Source: Gammaproteobacteria bacterium
GTDB lineage: Bacteria; Pseudomonadota; Gammaproteobacteria; Magnimaribacterales; D2472
DNA: 64,000 bases
Assembly: GCA_965656035.1 (NCBI GenBank)
Contig: CBFHIO010000001.1
Coordinates: 4,687 to 68,686 of the forward strand
Reading direction: 5' to 3'
The translations under genes and the position numbers were made by a program. The first letter of the stretch is position 1, and each line of letters opens with the position of its first letter. This document shows positions 49,423 to 57,441 of the stretch, one piece after another. The notes under the pieces were generated by a model that saw nothing but the letters and a program-made list of their open reading frames with translations, was not told the DNA's origin and did not search any database.

Positions 49423-49862
49423 AGATAAAAAATTTTTTAATAACCCTCATTATTTCTTTTAATTTATATACTGAAGCAGAAAGTTACGAGGTAAAGATGC
49501 TCAATCAAGGGTCTGAAGGCTATATGGTATTTGAACCCGCTGTTTTGAAAATAAAAAAGGGAGATACTGTTACATTTAAAGCAACTGATGCTGCTCATAA
49601 TTCTGCATCTATTAAGGGCATGATTCCACCTGGAGCTGATGAATGGAATGGTAAACTCAGCCAAGATATATCAATAACTTTTAATGTTGAAGGTCTATAC
49701 GGATATCAGTGCACTCCTCATATGATGATGGCTATGGTTGGAATTATTGAAGTTGGTGAAAATCAAAGCAACCTTGAAACATTCAAGACTGTAGCACAAA
49801 AAATAAAATCAGCTTTTGTAATGAATCAGGAGAGATTGGACGAATATTTATCTCAATTGTAA
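49419..49862 (+). CDS. Pseudoazurin (type 1 blue copper protein)
   Basis: 147 aa with a signal peptide. The copper-ligand contexts are ATDAAHNS and YQCTPHMMMAMVG (His, Cys-x2-His-x4-Met). It closely resembles my recollection of the Achromobacter pseudoazurin sequence. Confidence 0.88.
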   Translation: MKIKNFLITLIISFNLYTEAESYEVKMLNQGSEGYMVFEPAVLKIKKGDTVTFKATDAAHNSASIKGMIPPGADEWNGKLSQDISITFNVEGLYGYQCTPHMMMAMVGIIEVGENQSNLETFKTVAQKIKSAFVMNQERLDEYLSQL

Positions 49863-49866
49863 ATAT

Positions 49867-49945
49867 TGGTAGACCCGAATGGACTCGAACCATCGACCTC
49901 CGCAATGTCAATGCGGCGCTCTAACCAAAACTGAGCTACGGGTCT
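49867..49945 (-). tRNA. tRNA-Val (anticodon GAC)
   Basis: Hand-folded, 79 nt. The acceptor is AGACCCG/CGGGTCT. The anticodon arm is CCGCA/TTGACAT/TGCGG. The T arm is GATGG/TTCGAGT/CCATT. CCA is encoded and the D loop is slightly long. Confidence 0.85.
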
Positions 49946-49957
49946 AAAAAAGAGATT

Positions 49958-49985
49958 ATTATACAGAAATTTCATACATTGGTAA
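49958..49985 (-). promoter_or_regulatory. Candidate promoter of tRNA-Val(GAC)
   Basis: On the minus strand: TTACCA (49985-49980), a 16-nt spacer, then TATAAT (49963-49958). The -10 lies 12 nt upstream of the tRNA 5' end. Confidence 0.45.
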
Positions 49986-50046
49986 CAAGCATGATTGTGT
50001 ATCAAACATATACACACAATAATCTTAAAAACTAATATAAATATTG

Positions 50047-50074
50047 TTGATAATTAATTATAAATATATAAAAT
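50047..50074 (+). promoter_or_regulatory. Sigma70-type promoter, near-duplicate of the promoter at 49032-49059
   Basis: TTGATA (50047-52), a 16-nt spacer and TAAAAT (50069-74). By hand alignment, 25 of 29 positions match the 49032 promoter, including the spacer ATTATAAATATA. Confidence 0.45.
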
Positions 50075-50080
50075 AAGCCT

Positions 50081-50155
50081 TTATCAGCATTCCTCTCCCC
50101 CTATTAGAATAGCTGATATCTCAAATGGAGGACTTTGGTCCTCCATTTAATCTTT
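50081..50155 (+). ncRNA. Candidate small RNA of about 75 nt: 5' hairpin with a C/U-rich loop plus a terminator hairpin
   Basis: Hairpin 1 pairs 50082-50092 (UAUCAGCAUUC) with 50107-50118 (GAAU-A-GCUGAUA). That gives 11 bp with a 1-nt bulge and the loop CUCUCCCCCUAUUA. Four nt later comes the 11-bp terminator hairpin 50123-50148, followed by AAUCUUUAU. No plus-strand CDS lies downstream. Confidence 0.3.
50123..50148. terminator. Bidirectional intrinsic terminator hairpin (sbcB on the minus strand, candidate sRNA on the plus strand)
   Basis: A perfect palindrome, AAATGGAGGAC-TTTG-GTCCTCCATTT, lies immediately after the sbcB stop codon (50154-50156). Confidence 0.7.
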
Positions 50156-51557
50156 ATGATACTTTCATTGATTCAACTTTTTTTCTAGTAGCTATTAAGA
50201 TTTTTTGGTCTTCTTTTTCTAATCTTTCATCTAACAACTTCTCAATTTGAGTCAATGTTTTCTCAACAGAACCCCAGGGTCCATCATCAATAATTCTTTG
50301 AGTAATAAGGTCTTGGTATCTTTTTTTAATATCATCAGGGATATTGGTTGAGAATTTACTGCAGATTATTCTTTCTGCAAACAATCTAAGCCTTTCGTCT
50401 TCAAAATTTCTTGAGATTTTAATTAAATGATCTGGATCTGATGCTGAATGAAATTCTTGCATTAGATCTTTGTCTTTGTATGAAGGGAATCCACCAGAAT
50501 ATATAGTTCCCTCAATGTATTCTGATTCCGGATAGTCCATTAACCTATCTTCCATTGCTTGGGAAACTTTTTGTTGAAAGTCTTTATCTGATTTAATAAT
50601 TTCAGCTCGTCTTTGCAACTCAGAAAATTCAATATCAAAAGTATCAGAATTTTTTATTAGCTTATGAGAGCAAACTGGAATTGTTTTATTGATTTTATAT
50701 TTCTTTAATGGCCCATCACGACCTTTAGATTGTACTAATTTATTTATTTCAGAATAATCTAAATCTAAAATATCATCCGGATCATAGCTTAAATCAAAGA
50801 AGACAATTTCATTAGGCCTGCTAGCGTCATTGCCGCAAAGCACAACAGGATACTTGAAAGCGTGTCTTCTATGAATTTCTCCAAGAGCTAGAAACTCATC
50901 AGAATATAATAGATCTTTGATACCGGGCTTTGTAGATGTATTTATAAAAGATTGAAACAACTCGGGCAGCCTTTGTTGAATAACCATACATAGTTTAATC
51001 ATTAAGTTGCAATCAGCAATAGCGTCATGAGCATCACCTGCATCAATACCGTGTTCTTGAGCTAAATGTTCCAGCTTGTAGCTTATTCCTGGACCGCCTT
51101 CAAAAAGCGGAATTGCAATTTCTTCAGGAAAAAAAGCAGCTATATTATGTATCATGAGCATTAAATCAAGTCGCCCATTACCATTGGTGTTTGTAGTATA
51201 TGGTTCTAAAAGATTCCAAAAAAACTGCCTTCTAATTAGTTCTTCATCAAATGCATGGCCGTTGTATGTAATAAAAACTGAGGGACTTTTTGCAGACCAT
51301 TGTTTCCATTGAAGCTGTATATCTTTCATCATTTGATAATGTGAAATATTTGAATTAAAAAGGTCCACTTTTTTATTTGTAAGCATGGCCATAGGTTGCG
51401 GGATTACCCATGGAAGTGGAGCGCAGCCTATATTTTGCTCATCAATTGTTCTTAGATTTATATCTGTTAAAACTGAACCACATTGTAATATCTGACTGAA
51501 ATCTTTTTGAATTCCAGTCGTCTCAGTATCGTAAAAAATTAAATTATTGAATGACAA
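50154..51557 (-). CDS. sbcB: Exodeoxyribonuclease I
   Basis: 467 aa. The DEDDh exonuclease motifs are FYDTETTG, YNGHAFDEEL and HDAIADC. The ExoI C-terminal domains are present. Confidence 0.92.
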   Translation of the reverse strand: MSFNNLIFYDTETTGIQKDFSQILQCGSVLTDINLRTIDEQNIGCAPLPWVIPQPMAMLTNKKVDLFNSNISHYQMMKDIQLQWKQWSAKSPSVFITYNGHAFDEELIRRQFFWNLLEPYTTNTNGNGRLDLMLMIHNIAAFFPEEIAIPLFEGGPGISYKLEHLAQEHGIDAGDAHDAIADCNLMIKLCMVIQQRLPELFQSFINTSTKPGIKDLLYSDEFLALGEIHRRHAFKYPVVLCGNDASRPNEIVFFDLSYDPDDILDLDYSEINKLVQSKGRDGPLKKYKINKTIPVCSHKLIKNSDTFDIEFSELQRRAEIIKSDKDFQQKVSQAMEDRLMDYPESEYIEGTIYSGGFPSYKDKDLMQEFHSASDPDHLIKISRNFEDERLRLFAERIICSKFSTNIPDDIKKRYQDLITQRIIDDGPWGSVEKTLTQIEKLLDERLEKEDQKILIATRKKVESMKVS

Positions 51558-52778
51558 TTATCTAACTACGTATTTACCAAGCTCTAATCTTGCTACGGCT
51601 CTTCTATGAACTTCATCAGGACCATCTGCAAGTCTCAAAGTTCTTATATGAGCATACATTGAAGCTAATGGCGTTAATTGGGACACACCTTCTCCTCCAT
51701 GCATTTGAATGGCTCTATCAATAATCTTCAAAACTACATTAGGAGCAAATACCTTTATTTGAGCAATTTCACTTGCAGCTATCTTATTCCCAACTGTATC
51801 CATTTTGTGAGCTGCATCAAGTGTCAATAACCTTGCAGCATTAAGCTCTATTCTTGATTCAGCTATGTAATCAAAATTTGCTCCAAGATTGGCAATATTT
51901 TTACCGAAAGGCATTTTAGTAGGATCTATGCCCCTCTTGCACATAAGCTCTATAGCTTTTTCTCCAACGCCTATGGTTCTCATGCAGTGATGAATTCTTC
52001 CTGGTCCCAGACGCCCTTGTGCAATTTCAAAACCTCTACCCTCGCCTAATAAAAGATTATCTTTTGGAATTCTTACATTATTAAATTTTATATGAGCATG
52101 ACCATGAGGCGCATCATCATAACCAAATACATGCATCATTTTCTGAATTTCAATTCCTTGGGACTCCATGGGAACTAGCATCATGGAATGTCTTTGATGC
52201 TTTGCAGCATCAGGATTAGTTACAGCCATAAATACTAGAATTTTGCATCTTGGATCACCAGCTCCTGAGGTCCACCATTTTTCACCATTAATTACATACT
52301 CATCTCCATCCAAAACTGCTGTTGCCTGCATATTAGTTGCATCAGATGAACCAACTCCTGGCTCAGTCATTGCAAAAGCTGATCTAATTTCACCATTAAG
52401 AAGCGGTTTCAACCACTCTTCTTGGTGTTTTTCGTTTCCATATCGAGCGATAACTTCCATATTTCCGGTATCTGGAGCAGAACAATTCATTGCTTCTGAT
52501 GCGATATGACATGTTCCCATGACCTCAGCTAAATGGGCATATTCATAATTGGTTAAACCTGCTCCAAACTCACTTTCTGGCAAAAAAAGATTCCATAAAC
52601 CCTTTGACTTAGCTTTATCTTTCAAATCATCTATTACTTCAGGATATGAATTCCACCTATTTATTCCTTCTTCTATTTGGTCATGAAAGATATGTTCCGA
52701 GGGAACGCATTCTTGTTCAATAAAATCTTTAACTCTTGCAATAAGATCTTTTGCCTCTGGTCTCAGTTCAGGTAACAT
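51558..52778 (-). CDS. Acyl-CoA dehydrogenase family protein
   Basis: 406 aa with the motifs [20 protein letters not shown] and the C-terminal [14 protein letters not shown]. Confidence 0.9.
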   Translation of the reverse strand: MLPELRPEAKDLIARVKDFIEQECVPSEHIFHDQIEEGINRWNSYPEVIDDLKDKAKSKGLWNLFLPESEFGAGLTNYEYAHLAEVMGTCHIASEAMNCSAPDTGNMEVIARYGNEKHQEEWLKPLLNGEIRSAFAMTEPGVGSSDATNMQATAVLDGDEYVINGEKWWTSGAGDPRCKILVFMAVTNPDAAKHQRHSMMLVPMESQGIEIQKMMHVFGYDDAPHGHAHIKFNNVRIPKDNLLLGEGRGFEIAQGRLGPGRIHHCMRTIGVGEKAIELMCKRGIDPTKMPFGKNIANLGANFDYIAESRIELNAARLLTLDAAHKMDTVGNKIAASEIAQIKVFAPNVVLKIIDRAIQMHGGEGVSQLTPLASMYAHIRTLRLADGPDEVHRRAVARLELGKYVVR

Positions 52779-52815
52779 TAATTTTTACTCCCTATATACA
52801 CTAATATTTGGTAAC

Positions 52816-52836
52816 ATTATAAGTGTGATGAATAAT
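52816..52836. promoter_or_regulatory. Candidate LysR-type box (ATTAT-N11-ATAAT) in the divergent region
   Basis: A perfect inverted repeat that satisfies T-N11-A. It lies between the acyl-CoA dehydrogenase start (52778) and the LysR start (52922). Confidence 0.3.
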
Positions 52837-52921
52837 ATAAATTTTCTCTTCTCCTATAATAGCTTTATGTACAAATCAAAGCTAGATGCTGTTTTGCATT
52901 ACCATTGTCCAAAATAATACT

Positions 52922-53824
52922 ATGAAGATTAGCTCTTTTGATTTGAATCTTTTTGTAATTTTAAATGCTATTTACACGGAAGGTAGTTTAACTAAAGCTG
53001 CAGAGGTGGTCGGGATCACACAGCCAGCAGTAAGTAATGCTTTAGCGCGCTTGCGTGAAAAATTTAATGATGATCTTTTTGTAAGAACTGGGACCGGAAT
53101 GGTGCCTACGCAAAAAACTGAAAATATTATCAATGATATTCAAAGCGCATTAACTCTAATGCAACACAGTGTAAATGAGCCTGATACATTTGATGAAAAG
53201 AGTACCACTAGAACTTTTAAGTTATCACTAGGTGATATCTCAGAAGGAAGAGTGCTGCCATACATCATGAAAGAAATAGATAAAAATGCTAAGAATATAT
53301 CAGTTGGTAGTTACGCATATAAAAGAAGTGATCAAGTTCATGCCTTAGCAACAAATAATTTAGATTTTGTTGTCGATCCTGTAATTCCAGCTTCGGATGA
53401 AATAAATTCTTTTAAAGTTTTTGAGGATGATTTTGTTGCAATTCATAGAGAAGAACATCCAATTTCAGAAATAGAAAATCCAACTATTGATGACATACTT
53501 GCTCAAGACCACCTTCATGTTTCAAGTAGAAAAAGAGGATTACATCTTATTGATGTTGAGCTAGATAAAATTGGATACAGAAGAAATGTTGCCCTTAGGT
53601 GTCAACATTTTCTTATAGCGCCAACCATTATTAAATCAACTAATATGCTTCTTTTTGCAACAAGAAGTTTTGCAAAGGCACATAAACTTCCGTTTATAGA
53701 AATACCTGCTGAAATACCATCCATGGAATATTTCTTAATATGGCATAAAAGCGATGAAGGTGATGGTGGTCATATTTGGATGAAAGAACTAATTATTAAT
53801 GCGTTCATTGAGGCTAAAAAATAA
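52922..53824 (+). CDS. LysR-family transcriptional regulator
   Basis: The HTH reads SLTKAAEVVGITQPAVSNALARLRE. I place the start at MKISSFDLNLFV (52922). The 12 extra codons in the track are probably not translated. Confidence 0.88.
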   Translation: MKISSFDLNLFVILNAIYTEGSLTKAAEVVGITQPAVSNALARLREKFNDDLFVRTGTGMVPTQKTENIINDIQSALTLMQHSVNEPDTFDEKSTTRTFKLSLGDISEGRVLPYIMKEIDKNAKNISVGSYAYKRSDQVHALATNNLDFVVDPVIPASDEINSFKVFEDDFVAIHREEHPISEIENPTIDDILAQDHLHVSSRKRGLHLIDVELDKIGYRRNVALRCQHFLIAPTIIKSTNMLLFATRSFAKAHKLPFIEIPAEIPSMEYFLIWHKSDEGDGGHIWMKELIINAFIEAKK

Positions 53825-53829
53825 TTTCT

Positions 53830-54627
53830 TTATCCCAATACGTGACCTGCTGTCTTTACAAGACCTCCATCTGAAGCAATAGTCTCGCCTACAACATATG
53901 CACCAGCTCTTGAGCATAAGAATATAGTTAACCCTGCAATATCTTCTGGGCTTCCAGTCCTTTTTCTTGGATTATGTTTCTCTATTTCAGAATAATCAGA
54001 GTTAACTGCTGAGCCCAACATAGCACTTGGGTATGGGCCTGGCGCTATTGCATTTACAACAATGTTTTCTGAAACAAGTTGAGCAGCAAGGTGTCTTGTT
54101 AAGTGATGAACCGCAGCTTTTGATGTGCTGTATGAAAAGGTTGGAAATCCAGGAACATTTAATCCATCAATGGATCCAATATTTATTACTCTAGAAGGGT
54201 CTTCAAGTGATGCTTTTTTTGCAAGCAATGGTTTCATTTTCTGTGTTAAGAAGAAGAGGCTTTTTACATTTAAATCCATAACTTTATCCCATCCTGCTTC
54301 TGAAAAACTTTCAAATGGCTCACCCCATGCAGCTCCTGCATTATTTATTAGATAATCGATGCCATCTTCTTTTTCTGCAATCATATTTGAAAATGAATCA
54401 ATGCCCTCTGAAGTACTCAAATCGCATGGAAATGGAATGCATTCTCCGTTATATAGTTCTGAGAGCTCTTTAGCTTTCTCAATTAAAGCGGGTGCCTTTC
54501 TTGCTGTAATGTAAACTTTCGCTCCATTTGCAAGAAACCCAGCTGTAATCATTTCTCCTATACCTCTCGATCCTCCAGTAACTACAGCTACTTTATTTTT
54601 TACACTGAATAAATTATTGATTTCCAT
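53830..54627 (-). CDS. Short-chain dehydrogenase/reductase (SDR)
   Basis: 265 aa with the motifs TGGSRGIG, NNAG and YSTSKAA. Confidence 0.88.
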   Translation of the reverse strand: MEINNLFSVKNKVAVVTGGSRGIGEMITAGFLANGAKVYITARKAPALIEKAKELSELYNGECIPFPCDLSTSEGIDSFSNMIAEKEDGIDYLINNAGAAWGEPFESFSEAGWDKVMDLNVKSLFFLTQKMKPLLAKKASLEDPSRVINIGSIDGLNVPGFPTFSYSTSKAAVHHLTRHLAAQLVSENIVVNAIAPGPYPSAMLGSAVNSDYSEIEKHNPRKRTGSPEDIAGLTIFLCSRAGAYVVGETIASDGGLVKTAGHVLG

Positions 54628-54751
54628 TTTTGTTCCTATAAATTTTATATAAATTATATATTGAATACTTTAAAACGATACATTTTAAAGCATCTTCAAA
54701 TGCGCATAAAAACACATCAAGTAAACTAAATTATAAATGTTAGAATAGGCA

Positions 54752-55699
54752 ATGATTTTTTATCATCTAATTGGATTAATCATTTCATTATCAGTCTTAG
54801 TATGGGGGGCTGATAAATTTATTGATAACTCATCTCTAATTGCAAAAAAGCTTGGTTTAAGTGAATTAACTATTGGACTAACAATTGTAGCTCTGGGAAC
54901 CTCTGCTCCTGAAATATTTGTTGGTATTTCATCAGTGCTAAATGGTACAGAATCTATTGCGATGGGAGCTGTAGTGGGATCAAATATATCAAACATCGCA
55001 TTAATTTTTGGTGTTTCTTGTATTGGTATTTCAATGACGCCAACTAAAACAAACCCAATCCAATTTATTCCATTTGTCTTAGCAGTAATAGTCCTCGGCT
55101 TAGGCTTGCAAGATTTAAAAATTACAAAAGCTGAAAGTGTAGAATTTTTATTTGTATTTGCTGCGTTCATGTATGTCACATATCTTTTTAGAATACCTGA
55201 AAAAATAGATGAATCTGATGATTCAAATATAAAAACAGGAAAAACAACTCTTTTGCTTGTTTTTGGACTTCTGGCACTGATTGTTGGATCTAATTATGCT
55301 GTTGTTAATGCTGAAAAAATAGCAACTATCTTAAATGTTCCTCAAGTAATTATTGGGCTAACTATCATTGCTATTGGAACTAGCTTGCCAGAGCTTGCAG
55401 CAACGATATCAGCGATTATTAAAAATAAAAATGAAATGGTCATAGGAAATGTCATTGGTTCAAATGTTATGAATATTGCATTAGTGGTTCCTATAATTGG
55501 AATGTTTTCAGGTGCAACTTTTGAATTAAATATTCTATCGAGAGACTTCCTTATTTTATCCGTAACATCAATATTATTTATATTGGTTACAACAACATAT
55601 TCCTCTTCGAGATTTAATTTAAAAGTAATAAAACTAATTGGATATATTTTTGTTATAGGCTACCTAGGATATATTTTAAAACTAAGCAATCTGATCTGA
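54752..55699 (+). CDS. yrbG: Calcium/sodium (CaCA-family) antiporter, YrbG-like
   Basis: 315 aa with the two alpha-repeats GTSAPE and GTSLPE. Confidence 0.85.
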   Translation: MIFYHLIGLIISLSVLVWGADKFIDNSSLIAKKLGLSELTIGLTIVALGTSAPEIFVGISSVLNGTESIAMGAVVGSNISNIALIFGVSCIGISMTPTKTNPIQFIPFVLAVIVLGLGLQDLKITKAESVEFLFVFAAFMYVTYLFRIPEKIDESDDSNIKTGKTTLLLVFGLLALIVGSNYAVVNAEKIATILNVPQVIIGLTIIAIGTSLPELAATISAIIKNKNEMVIGNVIGSNVMNIALVVPIIGMFSGATFELNILSRDFLILSVTSILFILVTTTYSSSRFNLKVIKLIGYIFVIGYLGYILKLSNLI

Positions 55700-56074
55700 T
55701 TTTTTTGTTGAGTTTATCAACAATAATCCAATCAAACAGGCACAAACCTCAAATATAAAGAAGGTGTTAAAAAAGCCAGGCATGCTTGGAAGCACTGAGG
55801 AGATTATCCTACCAAAAGCTATAGATCCTGTTAGAAAAGTCAAAAACTTGATAGAGAATATTCCAACATAGTCTTTAAATAATCCAATTAAACACATAGA
55901 TCCAATACAAAGATTTAAACCTCCATATATTCCAGCTATCTCTGAATAACCAATATCAGATATAACTTGCAAGCCAACAGCATCTGTAAAACCAGGGTCT
56001 ACTATTGCCCAAGCACCAATAGCAAAATATGTAAGCCCCATAAAAACTAAATAAAATTTCCTAAGCATTATCAT
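55682..56074 (-). CDS. Four-TM membrane protein (DUF4345-like)
   Basis: 130 aa and hydrophobic. The family call is from memory only. Confidence 0.45.
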   Translation of the reverse strand: MIMLRKFYLVFMGLTYFAIGAWAIVDPGFTDAVGLQVISDIGYSEIAGIYGGLNLCIGSMCLIGLFKDYVGIFSIKFLTFLTGSIAFGRIISSVLPSMPGFFNTFFIFEVCACLIGLLLINSTKKSDQIA

Positions 56075-56121
56075 GTTTGCACTCCTTTTTTGTTAGCTAG
56101 TTGTAATATAAAATTATCACA

Positions 56122-56622
56122 ATGAAGTTAATTAAAAAAATCTTTTTTTCATTTTTTTTAGTGTTTTGTATGAATATAGATGCAAATTATATTGAGCTTC
56201 CAAAAGATGAAGTATTAAAAATGCCACTTCCCCTTCCGTATAATAAAAAAGAATATACAGAGAAAGATATTCAAAAATTTATAAACAAAACTATTAATAG
56301 CTCAAAGCAACCAATAATTATTTTTGGTGGTAATTGGTGTGGTGACTGTAGAGTACTAGCTGGAACTTTTAATTTGCCAACCATTAAAAAGTTTTTAGAT
56401 AAACACTATGAAGTTCTTCATATTGATGTTGGTAGATATGAAATAAACATGAATTTGATGGAATATTTCAATATCCCAAGAGAAGAAGGAGTTCCAAGAG
56501 TTCTTGTGTTTGACAAGAATAAGAATTTGTTAAATGTTAGCACAACAAAAGAATGGACGACTGCTAGAGACAGAAAACAGCAAGATATTTTTAACTATTT
56601 CCAAGATTTAAAGAGTGAATAA
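56122..56622 (+). CDS. Secreted thioredoxin-like protein
   Basis: 166 aa with a signal peptide and the CxxC motif GGNWCGDCRVL. Confidence 0.7.
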   Translation: MKLIKKIFFSFFLVFCMNIDANYIELPKDEVLKMPLPLPYNKKEYTEKDIQKFINKTINSSKQPIIIFGGNWCGDCRVLAGTFNLPTIKKFLDKHYEVLHIDVGRYEINMNLMEYFNIPREEGVPRVLVFDKNKNLLNVSTTKEWTTARDRKQQDIFNYFQDLKSE

Positions 56623-56625
56623 TAT

Positions 56626-57399
56626 CTAATATTTGAAATGCTTGATTTCTTCACCGCTTTGCCCAATGTCAGTCATTGCTTTTATACCAATCTCTAAGTG
56701 AAGGTCAACCCATTTTTGAGTGACTGCTTTATCAGAGGTTTCTGTTTTTACGCCCTCTGGTGTTAAAGGAACATCAGATACAAGCAATAAAGCTCCCCTA
56801 GCAATTTCATTATAATGTCCAACCGAAAAAACGGTGGCTGTCTCCATGTCTACTCCAATGGCTGTTGTTTTTTTTAATCTTTTTAGAAAGCGTTTGTCAT
56901 GCTCCCACACTCTTCTATTGGTTGTAAAAATTACACCAGTTCGATAGTCGCTATTTTTTTCTACAATAATATCAGACACAAATTTATGTAATTTAAATGA
57001 TGGTAGTGCTGGTACTTCCGGAGGAAAATAATCATTTGAAGTTCCGTCACCTCTAATTGCCCCAATTGGTAAAATGAAATTCCCAATCTCAGAAGAGTCT
57101 TTTAGACCGCCACACTTTCCTAGAAATAAGACCCCTTTTGGACTAACGGCAACTAATAAATCCATAATAGTTGCTGCATTAGGAGATCCTATACCATAAT
57201 TAATAATTGTTAAGCCATCTTTATTTGTTGAAGCCTGCATTGCCTTTCCTTCTCCACAGATTTCAGAAGAAAATCTTTCTGCAAATTTTGTTACGTAATC
57301 TTTAAAATTGGTGATAAGAATATATTCACCGAATTGTTCCAACGGCATACCTGTGTATCGAGGAAGCCAGTTTTTTGCTATTTCTAATTTTGTTTCCAT
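56626..57399 (-). CDS. Nucleoside phosphorylase family-1 protein (short AMP-nucleosidase-like)
   Basis: 257 aa. The PNP_UDP_1-type core reads GIGSPNAATIMDLL..GKCGGL..GVDMETA. Confidence 0.7.
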   Translation of the reverse strand: METKLEIAKNWLPRYTGMPLEQFGEYILITNFKDYVTKFAERFSSEICGEGKAMQASTNKDGLTIINYGIGSPNAATIMDLLVAVSPKGVLFLGKCGGLKDSSEIGNFILPIGAIRGDGTSNDYFPPEVPALPSFKLHKFVSDIIVEKNSDYRTGVIFTTNRRVWEHDKRFLKRLKKTTAIGVDMETATVFSVGHYNEIARGALLLVSDVPLTPEGVKTETSDKAVTQKWVDLHLEIGIKAMTDIGQSGEEIKHFKY

Positions 57400-57441
57400 T
57401 AAGCATTATATTCCACTGATGAAAATGTATCAAAATATCAA

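Noticed and set aside
49991-50035. Mini-ORFs in the tRNA-Val/sbcB spacer (14 codons on the plus strand from 49991, 16 codons on the minus strand).
   Set aside because: They are too short, lack an SD and lie in simple-sequence AT/GT-rich DNA. The promoter, hairpin and terminator reading of this spacer explains it better.
49867-50153. tRNA-Val(GAC) as an integration hotspot or genomic-island boundary.
   Set aside because: There is no integrase, no direct repeat of the tRNA 3' end and no phage or mobile gene on either side. The flanking genes (pseudoazurin and sbcB) look chromosomal.
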